A stretch of DNA of 64,000 bases from Eledone cirrhosa (lineage: Eukaryota), in the NCBI GenBank assembly GCA_964016885.1, contig OZ024754.1:40486001-40550000 (forward strand), written 5' to 3'. This document shows positions 1 through 13,535 of this stretch, in pieces (the first letter of the stretch is position 1; each line of letters opens with the position of its first letter). The notes under the pieces are model-generated. The model was not told the DNA's origin. It searched no databases and saw only the letters and a program-made list of their open reading frames with translations. A program made the translations under genes and the position numbers.

Positions 1-198
1 TGTTATTTTTATCTAAAGACATTTTTTTCCAATTCCAACCAGGCCATCCCCTCAATCTATCTTATTTCTCATTCTTTCATTTGATGAAGGACTAGCATCC
101 GAAACGTTAAGACCCTCTTCCTGCTATATCAAGCGTTAACCTAATATATCCCTTCCATATACTGTACCGATTGTGTTGTTATTTCTGTTTACCTTTTA
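1..198 (+). mobile_element. Dispersed repeat with a minimal hammerhead-like motif (Penelope pLTR-like); second copy at 39961-40150
   Basis: Near-identical to 39961-40150; contains TTGATGA-aGGActagcaTCC-GAAACGTTA; followed by TA repeats. Confidence 0.55.
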
Positions 199-199
199 C

Positions 200-291
<92 letters not shown>

Positions 292-509
292 AGATCATTT
301 TAACGTCTGCTTTCCCTGCTAGTAAGGGTTGGACAGGTCTACATAGACCAAGTCAGTACTGAAGCGGTGGCTACTGATCTCCCAGACAAGCCAGGGATCT
401 GCATCTCGCTTATACACTGCTTCAAAATGACAAAATTCACCGAAACTGTTAGAAGATGAAAGAACTGAAGAAAATAATTGAGAAGAAACAAAGTGATTTC
501 ATTACTTAC

Positions 510-584
510 AATATTTCCACCCAACATAGCACGAAGACGAGAAATTTCAGCACGGAGTTCTCTAATGAGACGAACATTAGGATC
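510..584 (-). CDS. KIF16B: KIF16B exon 14 (neck coil DPNVRLIRELRAEISRLRAMLGGNI)
   Basis: ccccag| ... |gtaagt; 75 nt. Confidence 0.93.
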
Positions 585-794
585 CTGGGGAAAAAAGGAG
601 AAAAGATATTTTCACAAAATGTTTAACATTTAGAATCTACAGGTCTGGTATTCCGGTCTCAACAATCTTTTACTATTCTATATATTGGTAGACCTGTCTA
701 CCAATATATCATCATCATCATCATCATCATTTTACGTCCGCTTTTCCCTGCTTCCATCAATGACTGAGACTCTAAGAATAACAATAATAATAAT

Positions 795-1190
795 CTTTCT
801 TATATAGGCGCAAGGCCAGTAATGTTGGGGGAGGGGAAAGTCGATTAAATCAACCCCAGTGCATTACTGGTACTTTATTTTATCGACCCGGAAAGGATGA
901 AAAGCAAAGCTAACCTCGGCGGGATTTGTACTCAGATCATAAAGGGCTGTAACTCTATGCTGCAAAGCATGGCGTCCGACCCTCTACCGCTACTGCCAAT
1001 CCACTGCCCTTAATAATAATTGTTTCTACTTTTGGCACAAGGCCAGCAATCACCCAGTACATTACTGGTACTTTATTTTATTTTCCTTGTAAGGATGAAA
1101 GGCAAAGTTGACCTCGGCGGGATTTAAACTCAGATCGTAAAGGGACGTAACTATGCTGGAAAGCATGTCCAACCCTCTACCAATACTGCC
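795..1190 (-). mobile_element. Two tandem tRNA-derived SINE copies
   Basis: Reverse complement of the family with A-box TGGCAGTATCGGTAG, B-box GAGTTCAAATCCC, central TTTCATCCTTACGGGGTCGATAAAATAAAGTACC and (ATT)n tail. Confidence 0.8.
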
Positions 1191-1267
1191 AACAATAATA
1201 ATGATAATAGTTGACATAAAATTCTCAATGCTGAAATGATAGTCAAATATATGTAAATGATTCTGAC

Positions 1268-1365
1268 CTCATTGATAGTTGGTCGGTTAATTATGTTCTT
1301 GGCTCTGTTAGCATATCGCAGGGTACTCAACGTTTCACCATAGTTGATATCTGCTGGAGATATTG
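1268..1365 (-). CDS. KIF16B: KIF16B exon 13 ([32 protein letters not shown])
   Basis: ttacag| ... |gtcaga; 98 nt. Confidence 0.95.
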
Positions 1366-2139
1366 CTGTAAAAATCAAAAGTTTATTTAGTTACTTATCT
1401 ATTCTAATGATAAACAAAACAAGAAATTTCCCCAAAATATATTCTTGAAATAATCTTAATTTAACTTTTTTTATTCCAAGCACACACTTTTAAGATACAA
1501 AACAGTTTGTTTTAAAGTGTTTATATTTATCTAAAAACCTTCCATCATAATTTTATGTTATGTTAAGTTAAGTTATGTTCCAAACCACATGAAACCACAA
1601 TTGGTTCTATGATACAAAACAGTTTGTTTTAAAGTATTTATATTTATCTAAAAACATTATCATATTTAGAAAGAATGTATGTTTAGAAAACAGTGGAATA
1701 CGAAAATTGAATAAAATAGTCAAATGGTTCCTGATTTAGGCACAAGGCCAGCAAATGATTTTACATAAAGTATTGTAGAATTAGGGGCAGTTTCAGGCAT
1801 TTTGGTATCAAAAGTGTTCACTTAAAATTGTCTGCAAAGTAAAGAAATATTTCTTTTTCAAGATATCTATAAACTTAATTCTTATAACTTTCTATATACT
1901 GTTGTAATATTCTTATCTTCTAAACAGAAGAGTCATGGATATAACCCTTCCCTCCTTCCTTCCACTGGTCCCAGGAACCCTGTGAAAAGTCATGGTTCCC
2001 ACCCTTCCTTCCCCCTCCCACAAAGACCCTGTAAAGGTTATGGGTCTCACCCTTCCTTCCCTGACTAAACAATTAAAAACAAAACAAAACAGGTTGAAAC
2101 TAGAAATAAAATCTAAAATAGTGAAAAGATATAACTTAC

Positions 2140-2253
2140 TGGCAACCATAATGGTTCTAGAGTTTCCTCCAAGACTGTCTTTTAACAACCAAGTCAAAAC
2201 CGAGTTTCGATAGGGAATAAAAATGCTTTTTACTTTCTTTTCAGATATTTCAG
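2140..2253 (-). CDS. KIF16B: KIF16B exon 12 ([27 protein letters not shown])
   Basis: atgtag| ... |gtaagt; 114 nt. Confidence 0.95.
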
Positions 2254-2925
2254 CTACATTGAAGTAAGAAATTAAACATTAATTAGTTGTGTAAACATAT
2301 ATGAATATATTATCATCATCATCATTAACAACATCATCATCATCGTTGTCATCATCAGATCAATGATCAATCAGCTAACCAATATATTTTATACAAGAAA
2401 ATTTAATTTTTTTACATCAAAGATACCCTTAAATTAATTGAAGTGATTATCATCATCATCATCATCATCGTTTAGCGTCTATCTTCCACGCTAGCATGGG
2501 TTGGACGGGATTGTCCCACTTGAGGCAAGGTTGGTCGGGTGACTGTCTCGCTCATATAGGACTGTATCTGGCAGGTTTTCTACGGCTGGATGCCCTTCCT
2601 AACACCAACCACATTTACAGAGTGGACTGGGAGCCTTTTTACCATGTCTCCTACATGATCACTTTACAGTGTGTGGGAGTCTTTTTACCATGTCTCCAAC
2701 ACAACCACTTTACAGTATGGACTGGGAGCATTTTTACCATGTCTCCTATTAGACACTTTACAGTGTGGACTGCGTGCTTTTTATCGTGTCACCTACGCGA
2801 CCACTTTACAGTGTAGACTAGATGTCCTGTGCTGCCAACAATAAATAATTTTAGTTGAAGAGATCAATAGATCTTTTTCTCTTCTGTATATTGATAATTT
2901 ATAGTAAGTTGAAGTTGTCACTTAC

Positions 2926-3026
2926 CTAAAACTGATATTACATTCCCCAGTGTAACCAAGGATTTGTTGATACTGGCGCCTTCCTTAAGTCGTTGTCCAG
3001 TTGCTCCAGTCGCATCAGCTCGTTCA
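2926..3026 (-). CDS. KIF16B: KIF16B exon 11 ([33 protein letters not shown])
   Basis: atcaag| ... |gtaagt; 101 nt. Confidence 0.95.
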
Positions 3027-3622
3027 CTTGATAAAGGAAAAATTATTTCTTTAGCAAATACAGGGATAATTAAAATATATAGAATGTGTAGAATATTCTA
3101 AACAGAATCTATATTATGATCAGTAGTAACAGAACTATAGATAGATTTGTTTGTATGTGATGGATGCACAGGGTAGTAGGTAGTAAGAAAGGTACTGAAA
3201 TAAACTGTCTGTAAGTCAGGATTCAATAGAAGTAGTTGATAGTTTCTATGACTTAAGTAGCTTAATTAACAGTTGCGGAGGTTTCTCTCAAAGTATAGGA
3301 GCTAGAATAAGAGCAGGGTGGAAACGTTTTAGGAAGATACTAATCGCTGTCGGCAACAATCAATGAATAAGAAAGGGAGACAAGCCATTATAAAATGTAC
3401 CCAGTACTCTCTGCAAACTATTGTGTGTTAGGAAAGATATCAACTGTAGATATCATGTCGAAAATAGAAAGTATAAATGAGATGTGGTCCTCCAGCCTGA
3501 ACTTTGAATAAGAATTGATTTGCGCAAATGACAGCCATCCAATCCATGTCAGAACAGGAAGTGGATGTAAAATGAAGATGAAGTAATTATGAATTAAACT
3601 AAGAGCAATATAAATTGCTTAC

Positions 3623-3690
3623 CTTCCAGCTAAATCAACTAAATGGATTTTGCTGTGAATCTCACTCGGCATATCTTTAACAAACTTGGC
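3623..3690 (-). CDS. KIF16B: KIF16B exon 10 (AKFVKDMPSEIHSKIHLVDLAGS, switch II)
   Basis: atttag| ... |gtaagc; 68 nt. Confidence 0.95.
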
Positions 3691-5660
3691 CTAAATTGCA
3701 GCAAAGAAAAATATTGTTTTGTAAATAGATAAATATGACAGCATAATAATAAAAGTATGATATCACAATAATAAAAATATATCAAAATAATAAAAATATG
3801 ACATCATAATAATAAAAGTATGATATCACAATAATAAAAATATATCAAAATAATAAAAATATGACATCATAATAATAAAAGTATGATATCACAATAATAA
3901 AAATATATCAAAATAATAAAAATATGATATCACAATAATAAAAATATGATATCACAATGATATCATAATATAATAAAGGGAAGAGTGCCAGATTGTGTCC
4001 TGAATATATTTTTTTTATCCTGTTAGTAAAATAAGTTAGATTACTTTGAATAAATAATGAATGAATATTACATAATTTATCTACTAAATTTCGTAGCTGT
4101 TGATTAATCATAAATATTCTTATATATAATGATTGCTTATTTTAAGATTCACCTCTTTTAAAATGTTCAAATGTCTACACTTCCGGTTAGCGTCCGTTAT
4201 ATCATAACACTTATTACATCGCTTATGTAAACATCCATATATTTGCATCGTTATATAAGGTTTCATTACATTTCACCGTAATGCAGTTTATATATAATAT
4301 CGTCTTTTTTAAATGTATCATGGATTACGTTACTGATTACATAAGAGAGTTTAACACAGTCTCTCTTCAACTTCTGTGTATATTGTCAATTACGATTTTA
4401 TTTGATGTATCATATCTACATGCATATATATTTGCATATAATATCAATATACACACAACACATGCTAGTGGAAAACCTCTTGAAGGGTGGTTTTTCTGGT
4501 AGTCAAAATAATAAAAATATGATATCAAAATAATAAAAATCTGTTCACAATGAAAACTGTAAAAATGGAGGTAGCAGAAGTTTTAAATAAGGTATTATGA
4601 TATTAAGTCAAAATAACAAATACTGTATTTCCTGGCATCGAAGACGCTACTTTTTTCCTAAAATAAGTCTAAAAAATCATGCATCGTGGAAGCCGAAGGT
4701 TGTGCAGTATCAGTAGAGGGTCGGACGCCATGTTTTCCAGCATAGTTACGTCCCTTTATGGTCTGAGTTCAAATCCCGCCGAAGTTGAATTTGCCTTTCA
4801 TCCTTACGGGGTCGATAAAATAAAGTACCAGTAATGCACTGGGTAATTGCTGGCCTTGTGCCTAAAGTAGAAACAATTATTTTTTTTCAAATTTTTGGTT
4901 GTCATAATTAGGGTGCATCCTCAAGGATGAAGTGTCACCAGGAAATATAGTAATTGTTTCTAGCATAAGGGAAAGTCAATTAAATCAACTCCAGTACTTT
5001 ACTGGTACTTTGTCAAATGGAAGTCAAAGCTGACCTAAGCAGGGTTTGAAATCAAAATGTGAAGGATTGTAACTAATTGCCACAAAGCGTTTTGTCAAAC
5101 ATTCAAATGATTCCACCAAAACCACTGCCTTTCAAAATATCAAATAATATAGACTGCTTGAATGTGTGTGTATGTGTATGTATATATATTATTTAAGTCG
5201 AGGTAGACTAAAAAAGACCTAAGCAGAAGTGGTGAGAGCTGATCTCAAAATTGCTGAGACTCACAGAGGACTTGTCTAACCCATACAAGCGTGGAAAAAT
5301 GGACATGATGATGATATCTCTTGTGACGCTAAACTCAACCAGTTGCAGACTGAGCATTAACATGTGATATCTTTCTCCACAAAGTTCGATCACCAGCAGC
5401 AAAGTTCAAAGAGCAAAGATCAAGTCCAGTCCATAAGTTGACATTGTCAAGCCATCGTTTTGGCTGCCAGCCTCTGCTTCTCTTACCAGTCAACCTTCCA
5501 TCCAGGCATAACCTACTCACACCACGAGTTGATCTTTTTATATGGCCATATAGTTTGTGTACTCTTGACTTGACAATTGATGTAATTGGTCTAAGTCTGG
5601 TAATGATGATATAAACATTTAAAATTTAAAATATTAAATTACGAAAGAAAATATTCTAAC

Positions 5661-5733
5661 CTGAGTGAAAAGTATGGTAAATATTGCATGGGATCGACTG
5701 CTCACATCATTCATATTGGTGGCTGCTGTTGTC
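5661..5733 (-). CDS. KIF16B: KIF16B exon 9 ([24 protein letters not shown], switch I)
   Basis: actag| ... |gttaga; 73 nt. Confidence 0.95.
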
Positions 5734-6233
5734 CTAGTAACAAATATTTATGATTAATAAAAATCATTTATAAATACAAAGTTTTATAGTCATTTCATTC
5801 ACAGGTTTGGAATTGTTTTTAACTCTTTTATTAACATATTTCTAATGAAAGACACTCACTGTTGGACTGGAACAATGTGAAAATAAAATATCTTGCTCAA
5901 GGACACAATGAGTTGCCCAGTCCAGGAATAAAACTCACAACCTTATGACTGTGAGCCCACCACCCCACTAGACACTAAAGCCCACACCTTTACAAAGGTG
6001 ATTAATAGGCAGGTAAAATTATACACACATATCAAACAATATAAACTAATCCATTAATCCTTTAGCATTTACATTACTCTATATTTACTATTGTATTTTC
6101 ACAGTAAACACTTTATCTCATATAATATCAAATCTATGAGATTTTGATATTATTTATTTTAAGAACAACACCTTAACATAAGTATGAGCTGCTGGTTATG
6201 GCCAGTTTGAACAGAAAGAGGTGAGAGAATTCT

Positions 6234-6765
6234 GGGTTAATGACATAGGCAATGTCTTTCATTATAAATATGGTAATGAAAGGGTTAAAGACATAGACAA
6301 TGTCTTTCATTAGAAATATGGTAGTGAAATGGTTAAAGACATAGACAGTGTCTTTCATTAGAAAGATGTTAATAAAAGGGTTAATGACATAGACAGTGTC
6401 TTTCATTAGAAATATGGTAATGAAAGGGTTAATGACATAGACAGTGTCTTTCATTAGAAATATGGTAATAAAAAGGTTAATGATATAGACAGTGTCTTTC
6501 ATTAGAAATATGGTAATGAAAGAGTTAATGACATAGACAATGTCTTTCATTAGAAATATGATAATAAAAGGGTTAATGACATAGGTAGTGTCTTTCATTA
6601 GAAATATAGTAATAAAAGGGTTAATGACATAGACAGTGTCTTTCATTAGAAATATGGTAATGAAAGGGTTAAAGACACAGTGTCTTTCATTAGTAATATG
6701 GTAATGAAAGGGTTAATGACATAGGCAGTGTCTTTCATTAGAAATATGGTAATAAAAGGGGTTAA
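6234..6765. repeat. 48-bp tandem repeat, about 11 copies
   Basis: Unit gggttaatgacatagacagtgtctttcattagaaatatggtaatgaaa. Confidence 0.9.
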
Positions 6766-6798
6766 TCTTGTCACCTTACTGAGAATATAACATTTTAC

Positions 6799-6868
6799 CT
6801 GTTAGTGTTGCCATAATCCATTAAACTCTTAATATCCTCGTAGTTATTTACGTAATGTTTTGACAATT
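6799..6868 (-). CDS. KIF16B: KIF16B exon 8 (LSKHYVNNYEDIKSLMDYGNTNR)
   Basis: tttcag| ... |gtaaaa; 70 nt. Confidence 0.92.
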
Positions 6869-7154
6869 CTGAAATAACAAGAAACAAATTCAATACAAAT
6901 ATTCTTCTTGATGTTCATAATCATCAGAAACATTTTATGACCATTTGTTTTTCTACCCTAGCAAGGGTTGAACAGGTTGTTATAAAACAAGTCGGTACTT
7001 AATTGGAGCTACTATCAACTGACATGGAACAAAGAATCCAGTTGTTCGAGCACAATTATTTCAGATAGCCTCCCTATCACCAACCACTTTACAAAGTGTG
7101 TTGGGTCTCTATTGCTTTAACTTTATTTTCCATGCTAGTATGGAAAAATGGATG

Positions 7155-7382
7155 TTAACCCTTTAGCATTCACATTACTCTATATATACTATTATATTTT
7201 CATGGTAAATACTTTACCTCACATAATTATCTCACATAATATCGAATCTATGAGATTTTGAAAGTATTTATTTTGAGAACAATACCTTAACATCAGTTTG
7301 AGTGACTGGTTACAGCGAGTTTCAACAGAAAGAGGTAGAGAATTCTGGCCGGTTTTGGCCGGTTTGAACATTAAAGGGTTAA
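7155..7382. mobile_element. piggyBac-type non-autonomous MITE
   Basis: TTAA-CCCTTTA...TAAAGGG-TTAA termini; related copies at 6054-6240, 16254-16673, 25821-26753, 55691-55974 and 63462-63671. Confidence 0.75.
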
Positions 7383-7436
7383 ACAGTGATGATGATGATG
7401 AAAGAGTTAGTTAAAAGGAACAAAAGATCTGGTTAC

Positions 7437-7555
7437 CTTGGACGTAAGGACCGTCTTTGGGGTGTTCACGAACTCGAAGTGTATGTAGGCCCTTATCTTC
7501 AGAGCATGTTTGCTGCAGCAAATCTCGAACTTTTTCGTTGTAAATTTCTAAAAAG
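7437..7555 (-). CDS. KIF16B: KIF16B exon 7 ([13 protein letters not shown]...[14 protein letters not shown])
   Basis: tatag| ... |gtaacc; 119 nt. Confidence 0.95.
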
Positions 7556-8044
7556 CTATAAATGAAAAGTAATTTCCCAAATATAATTAAAATTAATTAC
7601 ACCATGGAAGAGTAATGTTAGACATTGAAAATATAGACATATAGATAGATAGACATATAGATAGATAGATAGCATGGAACAAACTACCTGCATCAGTTGT
7701 TAGCTGTCGAAACACTGCATCCTTTAAAACCTCCATGCTTCCTGAGATTCGCCAACACTACACCTAATATTCCCCCTCCATACACATACACACATGTATA
7801 TCATGACTCATACACTATTCACTTCCCTGACATTTGTATATTATTCTATGTACTATACATGCACCTTTGACGAGTTGTAGTGCACCTGAGCACTTTACAC
7901 AATATTTTCATTATTATTATTTTATTATTATAGACATAAAAAAGATAGATATAGATAGATATGTTTCTTTATTAGCCACAGGGGCACAAAAGAAGGGGAC
8001 AAATACAAAGGGGGAAGTTTACATACAATAAAAACGTGTAAAAT

Positions 8045-8097
<53 letters not shown>

Positions 8098-8556
8098 CAT
8101 ATATATTTCTAGGCAGAGAACGAGAGAAATAATATAATACATACGTACATATACATAATAAAAACAAGCCATTTTAAGGTAATTCCCTCTTCTAAAGCAG
8201 TGTTATCTCTACCGATTCCACAAGAAACTTCTCCACTTTGCTCCATCATCTGAATTCCCATCCCTCATCAACTCCCTGGCTTTCATTTCCTCTTCCATCA
8301 TCTTTAGCCATGTCAATTCTTGGTCTTCTCCTTTCCCTACCTACCCCCACATTTATTTCCATTGGTCTTCTCTCAAAGTCACTTTTATCCTTCCTCAACA
8401 CATGATCCAACCATCTCATTCCATTTCTCTTCACAATATTCATCCCTGGCTCTACTCCTTTCATCCTTCCTCAACACAAGACCAAACCATCTCATTTAAT
8501 TTCTCTTCACAACATTCGTCACAATTGCACACTTCTCCTATAATAAATACACTTAC

Positions 8557-8609
8557 CTAACTTCTGTCCGATAACTTGAATTACCATCCACCATCCTTGA
8601 AAATAATTC
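8557..8609 (-). CDS. KIF16B: KIF16B exon 6 (ELFSRMVDGNSSYRTEVS)
   Basis: caacag| ... |gtaagt; 53 nt. Confidence 0.9.
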
Positions 8610-8840
8610 CTGTTGAAAAGGTAAAAGACGAAAAGAAAAACAGTTCAATATTCAATAATAGTTTATTTTTAGGATTTGAGAAGTTTTGAAACAGTGTGAA
8701 GTATTTCTAGAGCTTTTGTAATCATATAACATCTGTTTTCCATGTTGACATGGGTTCATGTTTTGTCATGGTCTCAGACTACACTGTTAATGAAGGAACT
8801 AACGAGAATATTGATAACTAGAATAACAAGATCTACTCAC

Positions 8841-8873
8841 CTTACATATCCTTGGAACCAGCCCATGGTCAGT
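8841..8873 (-). CDS. KIF16B: KIF16B exon 5 (TDHGLVPRICK)
   Basis: cctcag| ... |gtgagt; 33 nt; kinesin GLxPRIC motif. Confidence 0.9.
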
Positions 8874-9103
8874 CTGAGGATTGAAATACAGCAATAAATG
8901 AATAGTGAACAATAAAATGACATTTTTACACAACATTACCTAGGAGTCATCTTGGGAAGATGTCTTCTACTCTAACTTCATTACAAGAGCAGTACAGTTA
9001 TCTTGTGGGTGGATTTTGGTGGATAGAAATTGTGCAGATGCCTGTTGTATATGTGTAGACGTATATGTGTGGTGTGTGTGTGTGTGTGTGTGTCTGTGTG
9101 TGT

Positions 9104-11450
9104 ACCCTAACCATTCTTTATAAACTAACCAATGTCTGTAAACTAACCATTGTCTGTAAACTAACCATTCTCTGTAAACTAATCACTCTTTATAAACTAA
9201 CCATTGTCTGTAAACTAACCATTCTCTGTAAACTAACCATTCACTGTAAACTAACCATTCTCTGTAAACTAACCAGTCTCTGTAAACTAACCATTCTCTG
9301 TAAACTAACCATTGTCTGTAAACTAACCATTCTCTGTAAACTAACCATTCTCTGTAAACTAACCAGTCTCTGTAAACTAACCATTCTCTGTAAACTAACC
9401 ATTGTCTGTAAACTAACCATTGTCTGTAAACTAACCATTCTCTGTAAACTAACCAGTCTCTGTAAACTAACCATTCTCTGTAAACTAACCATTCTCTGTA
9501 AACTAACCATTGTCTGTAAACTAACCATTCTCTGTAAACTAACCATTCTCTGTAAACTACATGAACTCTGAAAAATAAAACTATTATAAATAACAATATA
9601 CTAGTATAAATAACCATCTCAGCTAAACTAATCCACTTACTGAAAACTACAAAAACCCTTCTGCTAAACTAACCATTCTACAACCATTCTCTGTAAACTA
9701 ACCATTGTCTGTAAACTAACCATTCTCTGTAAACTAATCACTCTTTATAAACTAACCATTGTCTGTAAACTAACCATTCTCTGTAAACTAATCACTCTTT
9801 ATAAACTAACCATTCTGTAAACTAACCATTCTCTGTAAACTAACCATTCTCTGTAAACTAACCATTCTCTGTAAACTAATCACTCTTTATAAACTAACCA
9901 TTGTCTGTAAACTAACCATTCTCTGTAAACTAATCACTCTTTATAAACTAACCATTGTCTGTAAACTAACCATTCTCTGTAAACTAACCATTCTCTGTAA
10001 ACTAACCATTGTCTGTAAACTAACCATTCTCTGTAAACTAACCATTCTCTGTAAACTAACCATTGTCTGTAAACTAACCATTCTCTGTAAACTAACCATT
10101 CTCTGTAAACTAACCATTGTCTGTAAACTAACCATTCTCTGTAAACTAATCACTCTTTATAAACTAACCATTGTCTGTAAACTAACCATTCTCTGTAAAC
10201 TAACCATTGTCTGTAAACTAACCATTCTCTGTAAACTAATCACTCTTTATAAACTAACCATTGTCTGTAAACTAACCATTCTCTGTAAACTAACCATTGT
10301 CTGTAAACTAACCATTGTCTGTAAACTAACCATTCTCTGTAAACTAACCATTCTCTGTAAACTAACCATTCTCTGTAAACTAACCATTCTCTGTAAACTA
10401 ACCATTCCCTGTAAACTAACCATTGTCTGTAAACTAACCATTCTCTGTAAACTAACCATTCTCTGTAAACTAACCATTGTCTGTAAACTAACCATTCTCT
10501 GTAAACTAACCATTCTCTGTAAACTAACCATTGTCTGTAAACTAACCATTCTCTGTAAACTAACCATTCTCTGTAAACTAACCATTGTCTGTAAACTAAC
10601 CATTCTCTGTAAACTAATCACTCTTTATAAACTAACCATTGTCTGTAAACTAACCATTCTCTGTAAACTAACCATTGTCTGTAAACTAACCATTCTCTGT
10701 AAACTAATCACTCTTTATAAACTAACCATTGTCTGTAAACTAACCATTCTCTGTAAACTAACCATTGTCTGTAAACTAACCATTGTCTGTAAACTAACCA
10801 TTCTCTGTAAACTAACCATTCTCTGTAAACTAACCATTCTCTGTAAACTAACCATTCTCTGTAAACTAACCATTCCCTGTAAACTAACCATTCCCTGTAA
10901 ACTAACCATTCTCTGTAAACTAATCACTCTTTATAAACTAACCATTGTCTGTAAACTAACCATTCTCTGTAAACTAACCATTGTCTGTAAACTAACCATT
11001 GTCTGTAAACTAACCATTCTCTGTAAACTAACCATTCTCTGTAAACTAACCATTCTCTGTAAACTAACCATTCTCTGTAAACTAACCATTCCCTGTAAAC
11101 TAACCATTGTCTGTAAACTAACCATTCTCTGTAAACTAATCACTCTTTATAAACTAACCATTGTCTGTAAACTAACCATTCTCTGTAAACTAATCACTCT
11201 TTATAAACTAACCATTCTCTGTAAACTAATCACTCTTTATAAACTAACCATTGTCTGTAAACTAACCATTCTCTGTAAACTAACCATTCTCTGTAAACTA
11301 ACCATTGTCTGTAAACTAACCATTCTCTGTAAACTAACCATTCTCTGTAAACTAATCATTCTCTGTAAACTAACCATTCTCTGTAAACTAACCATTCCCT
11401 GTAAACTAACCACTGTTTATAGACTAACCATTCTCGAGACTAACCATTCT
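9104..11450. repeat. 18-bp minisatellite (tgtaaactaaccattctc), interrupted at about 9560-9680
   Basis: Direct inspection; 6-aa periodic ORFs. Confidence 0.95.
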
Positions 11451-11691
11451 TTACACTCTAGCTGATAAGTTAGAAATGTTAAAATAGACAGACGTGAGTG
11501 GCCAGCCATATTAGAGCAATGGTAACTCAGTTGTGTGGCCTACAGGCAGAATATAAGGTACATGTCCTATATGTGAATAACCATGTCTTTCTGCTTCAAG
11601 GGGTGGAATATACTTGAGTTGTTTTCTCAGCTAATTTATCGTGATAATCTCAATAGCAAAACCTAATTTGAAATTATATTCTGTGACTCAC

Positions 11692-11808
11692 CTGGTTTCC
11701 CATCATAGTGTAACTCTTACCAGATCCTGTCTGACCATAAGCAAATACACAAGCATTATAACCATCATACGCTGATCGCACCACATCAAGACCAAGTGAT
11801 TCGAAAAC
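11692..11808 (-). CDS. KIF16B: KIF16B exon 4 (P-loop [15 protein letters not shown])
   Basis: ataaag| ... |gtgagt; 117 nt. Confidence 0.95.
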
Positions 11809-12138
11809 CTTTATAAAAAAAAAATATATATATATATATCAGATTTAATTAACATCATCATTATCATCAGTATCATTTTTTAGATAATCTTTCCCCGTTA
11901 GCATGGGTTGGATGAGATGTCACCCTTGTCATCTCCATCAGGTTAACTTTCATCACATCATCCCAACCTTTCTTAGGTCTTCCTCTTCCACAGCCTCCGC
12001 CCTGCTCTTCTTGATGTTGCTCTCAGCCTATCCACATAGTTTCATTAAAGTTTGCTGAAGAAATATACCCAATTCTAGCCATGAAACAATGTGTCATGTT
12101 GAAATAAAAAAACATTACAAATGTTCAAGAATACTAAC

Positions 12139-12261
12139 ATGTTCTTGGCTGGCAAAGTTTGAATCTTCAGGTGTGGCAGACCAAAAGGAGTAATCAAATG
12201 TGAAGTCTTTCACTCTCATTGATTCCCGAGCACAGTCTCCATCAGATGCCATCTCAGGAAT
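12139..12261 (-). CDS. KIF16B: KIF16B exon 3 (IPEMASDG...KDFTFDYSFWS...ASQEH)
   Basis: taacag| ... |gttagt; 123 nt; kinesin-3 FTFDYSFWS motif. Confidence 0.93.
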
Positions 12262-12319
12262 CTGTTAAAAATACAAAAATACTAGCTAATAAAAGGAAAT
12301 AAGTACTATGATTCTGAGA

Positions 12320-12880
12320 GACCAGATGTGAATCTATTGTGAGACAACAGATGTCAATCTATTCTAAGAGAACAGATGTGAATCAATTCTAAAACAACAG
12401 ATGTCAGTCTATTGTTAAACAACAGATGTCAATCTATTCTGAGAGAACAGATGTCAATCTATTCTCAGACAACAGATGTGAATCTATTCTGAGAGAACAG
12501 ATGTCAATCTATTCTCAGAGAACAGATGTCAATCTATTCTCAGAGAACAGATGTCAATCTATTCTCAGACAACAGATGTCAATCTATTCTCAGACAACAG
12601 ATGTCAATCTATTCTCAGACAACAGATGTGAATTTATTCTGAGAGAATAGATGTCAATCTATTCTCATACAACAGATGTGAATTTATTCTGAGAAAACAG
12701 ATGTCAATCTATTCTCAGACAACAGATGTCAATCTATTCTCAGACAACAGATGTCAATCTATTCTGAGAGAATATATGTCAATCTATTCTCAGACAACAG
12801 ATGTCAATCTATTCTGAGAGAACATATGTCAATCTATTCTCAGACAACAGATGTCAATCTATTCTGAGAGAATACATGTC
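12320..12880. repeat. 25-bp minisatellite (aacagatgtcaatctattctcagac)
   Basis: Direct inspection. Confidence 0.9.
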
Positions 12881-13229
12881 GATGAATATAGCATTTTTAA
12901 AATACTAAAATGACATTTATATCAGTGACATTGAAAAGAAAGATAAAAGTCATTATTAGTTATTTGATAAAGTACCAGTAATGTACTGGGTAATTTGCTG
13001 GCCTTGTGCCAAAAGTAGAAACAATTATTTGTTATTTGATTAGTTACCTAAAAACAAAGGAGAAAAGGGACAAAAAATATATAAAATTAATAAAAGAGAG
13101 TGAATAAAATTAATGATAAATATTAATGAATATATCTAATAATGAGAAAATTAGTATTAACAGTAATATTATATCAAGAAATGTTTGCAAGAGTAATTAG
13201 TATACAATAGAAGGAACTTGGTAGAGAAC

Positions 13230-13535
13230 TATAGGACCCCAGCCTGTTTGAAGACTTGGTAGAGGACCCCCAGCCTGTTTGAGGACTTGCTACAGAGAAG
13301 GAACATATGTAAGATGTAGGACCCACAACCTGTTTGAGGGCTTGCTACAGAGAAGGAACATATGTAAGATGTAGGACCCACAACCTGTTTGAGGGCTTGA
13401 TACAGAGGAGGAACAGATGTAAGATATAGGACCCCCAGCCTGTTTGAGGACTTGGTAGAGAGAAGGAACATATGTAAGATATAGGACCCCAGCCTGTTTG
13501 AAGACTTGGCAGCATGAAGGAACATATGTAAGAGA
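13230..13535. repeat. About 56-bp tandem repeat
   Basis: Repeated taggacccc.agcctgtttgaggacttg...aaggaacatatgtaagat. Confidence 0.8.
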
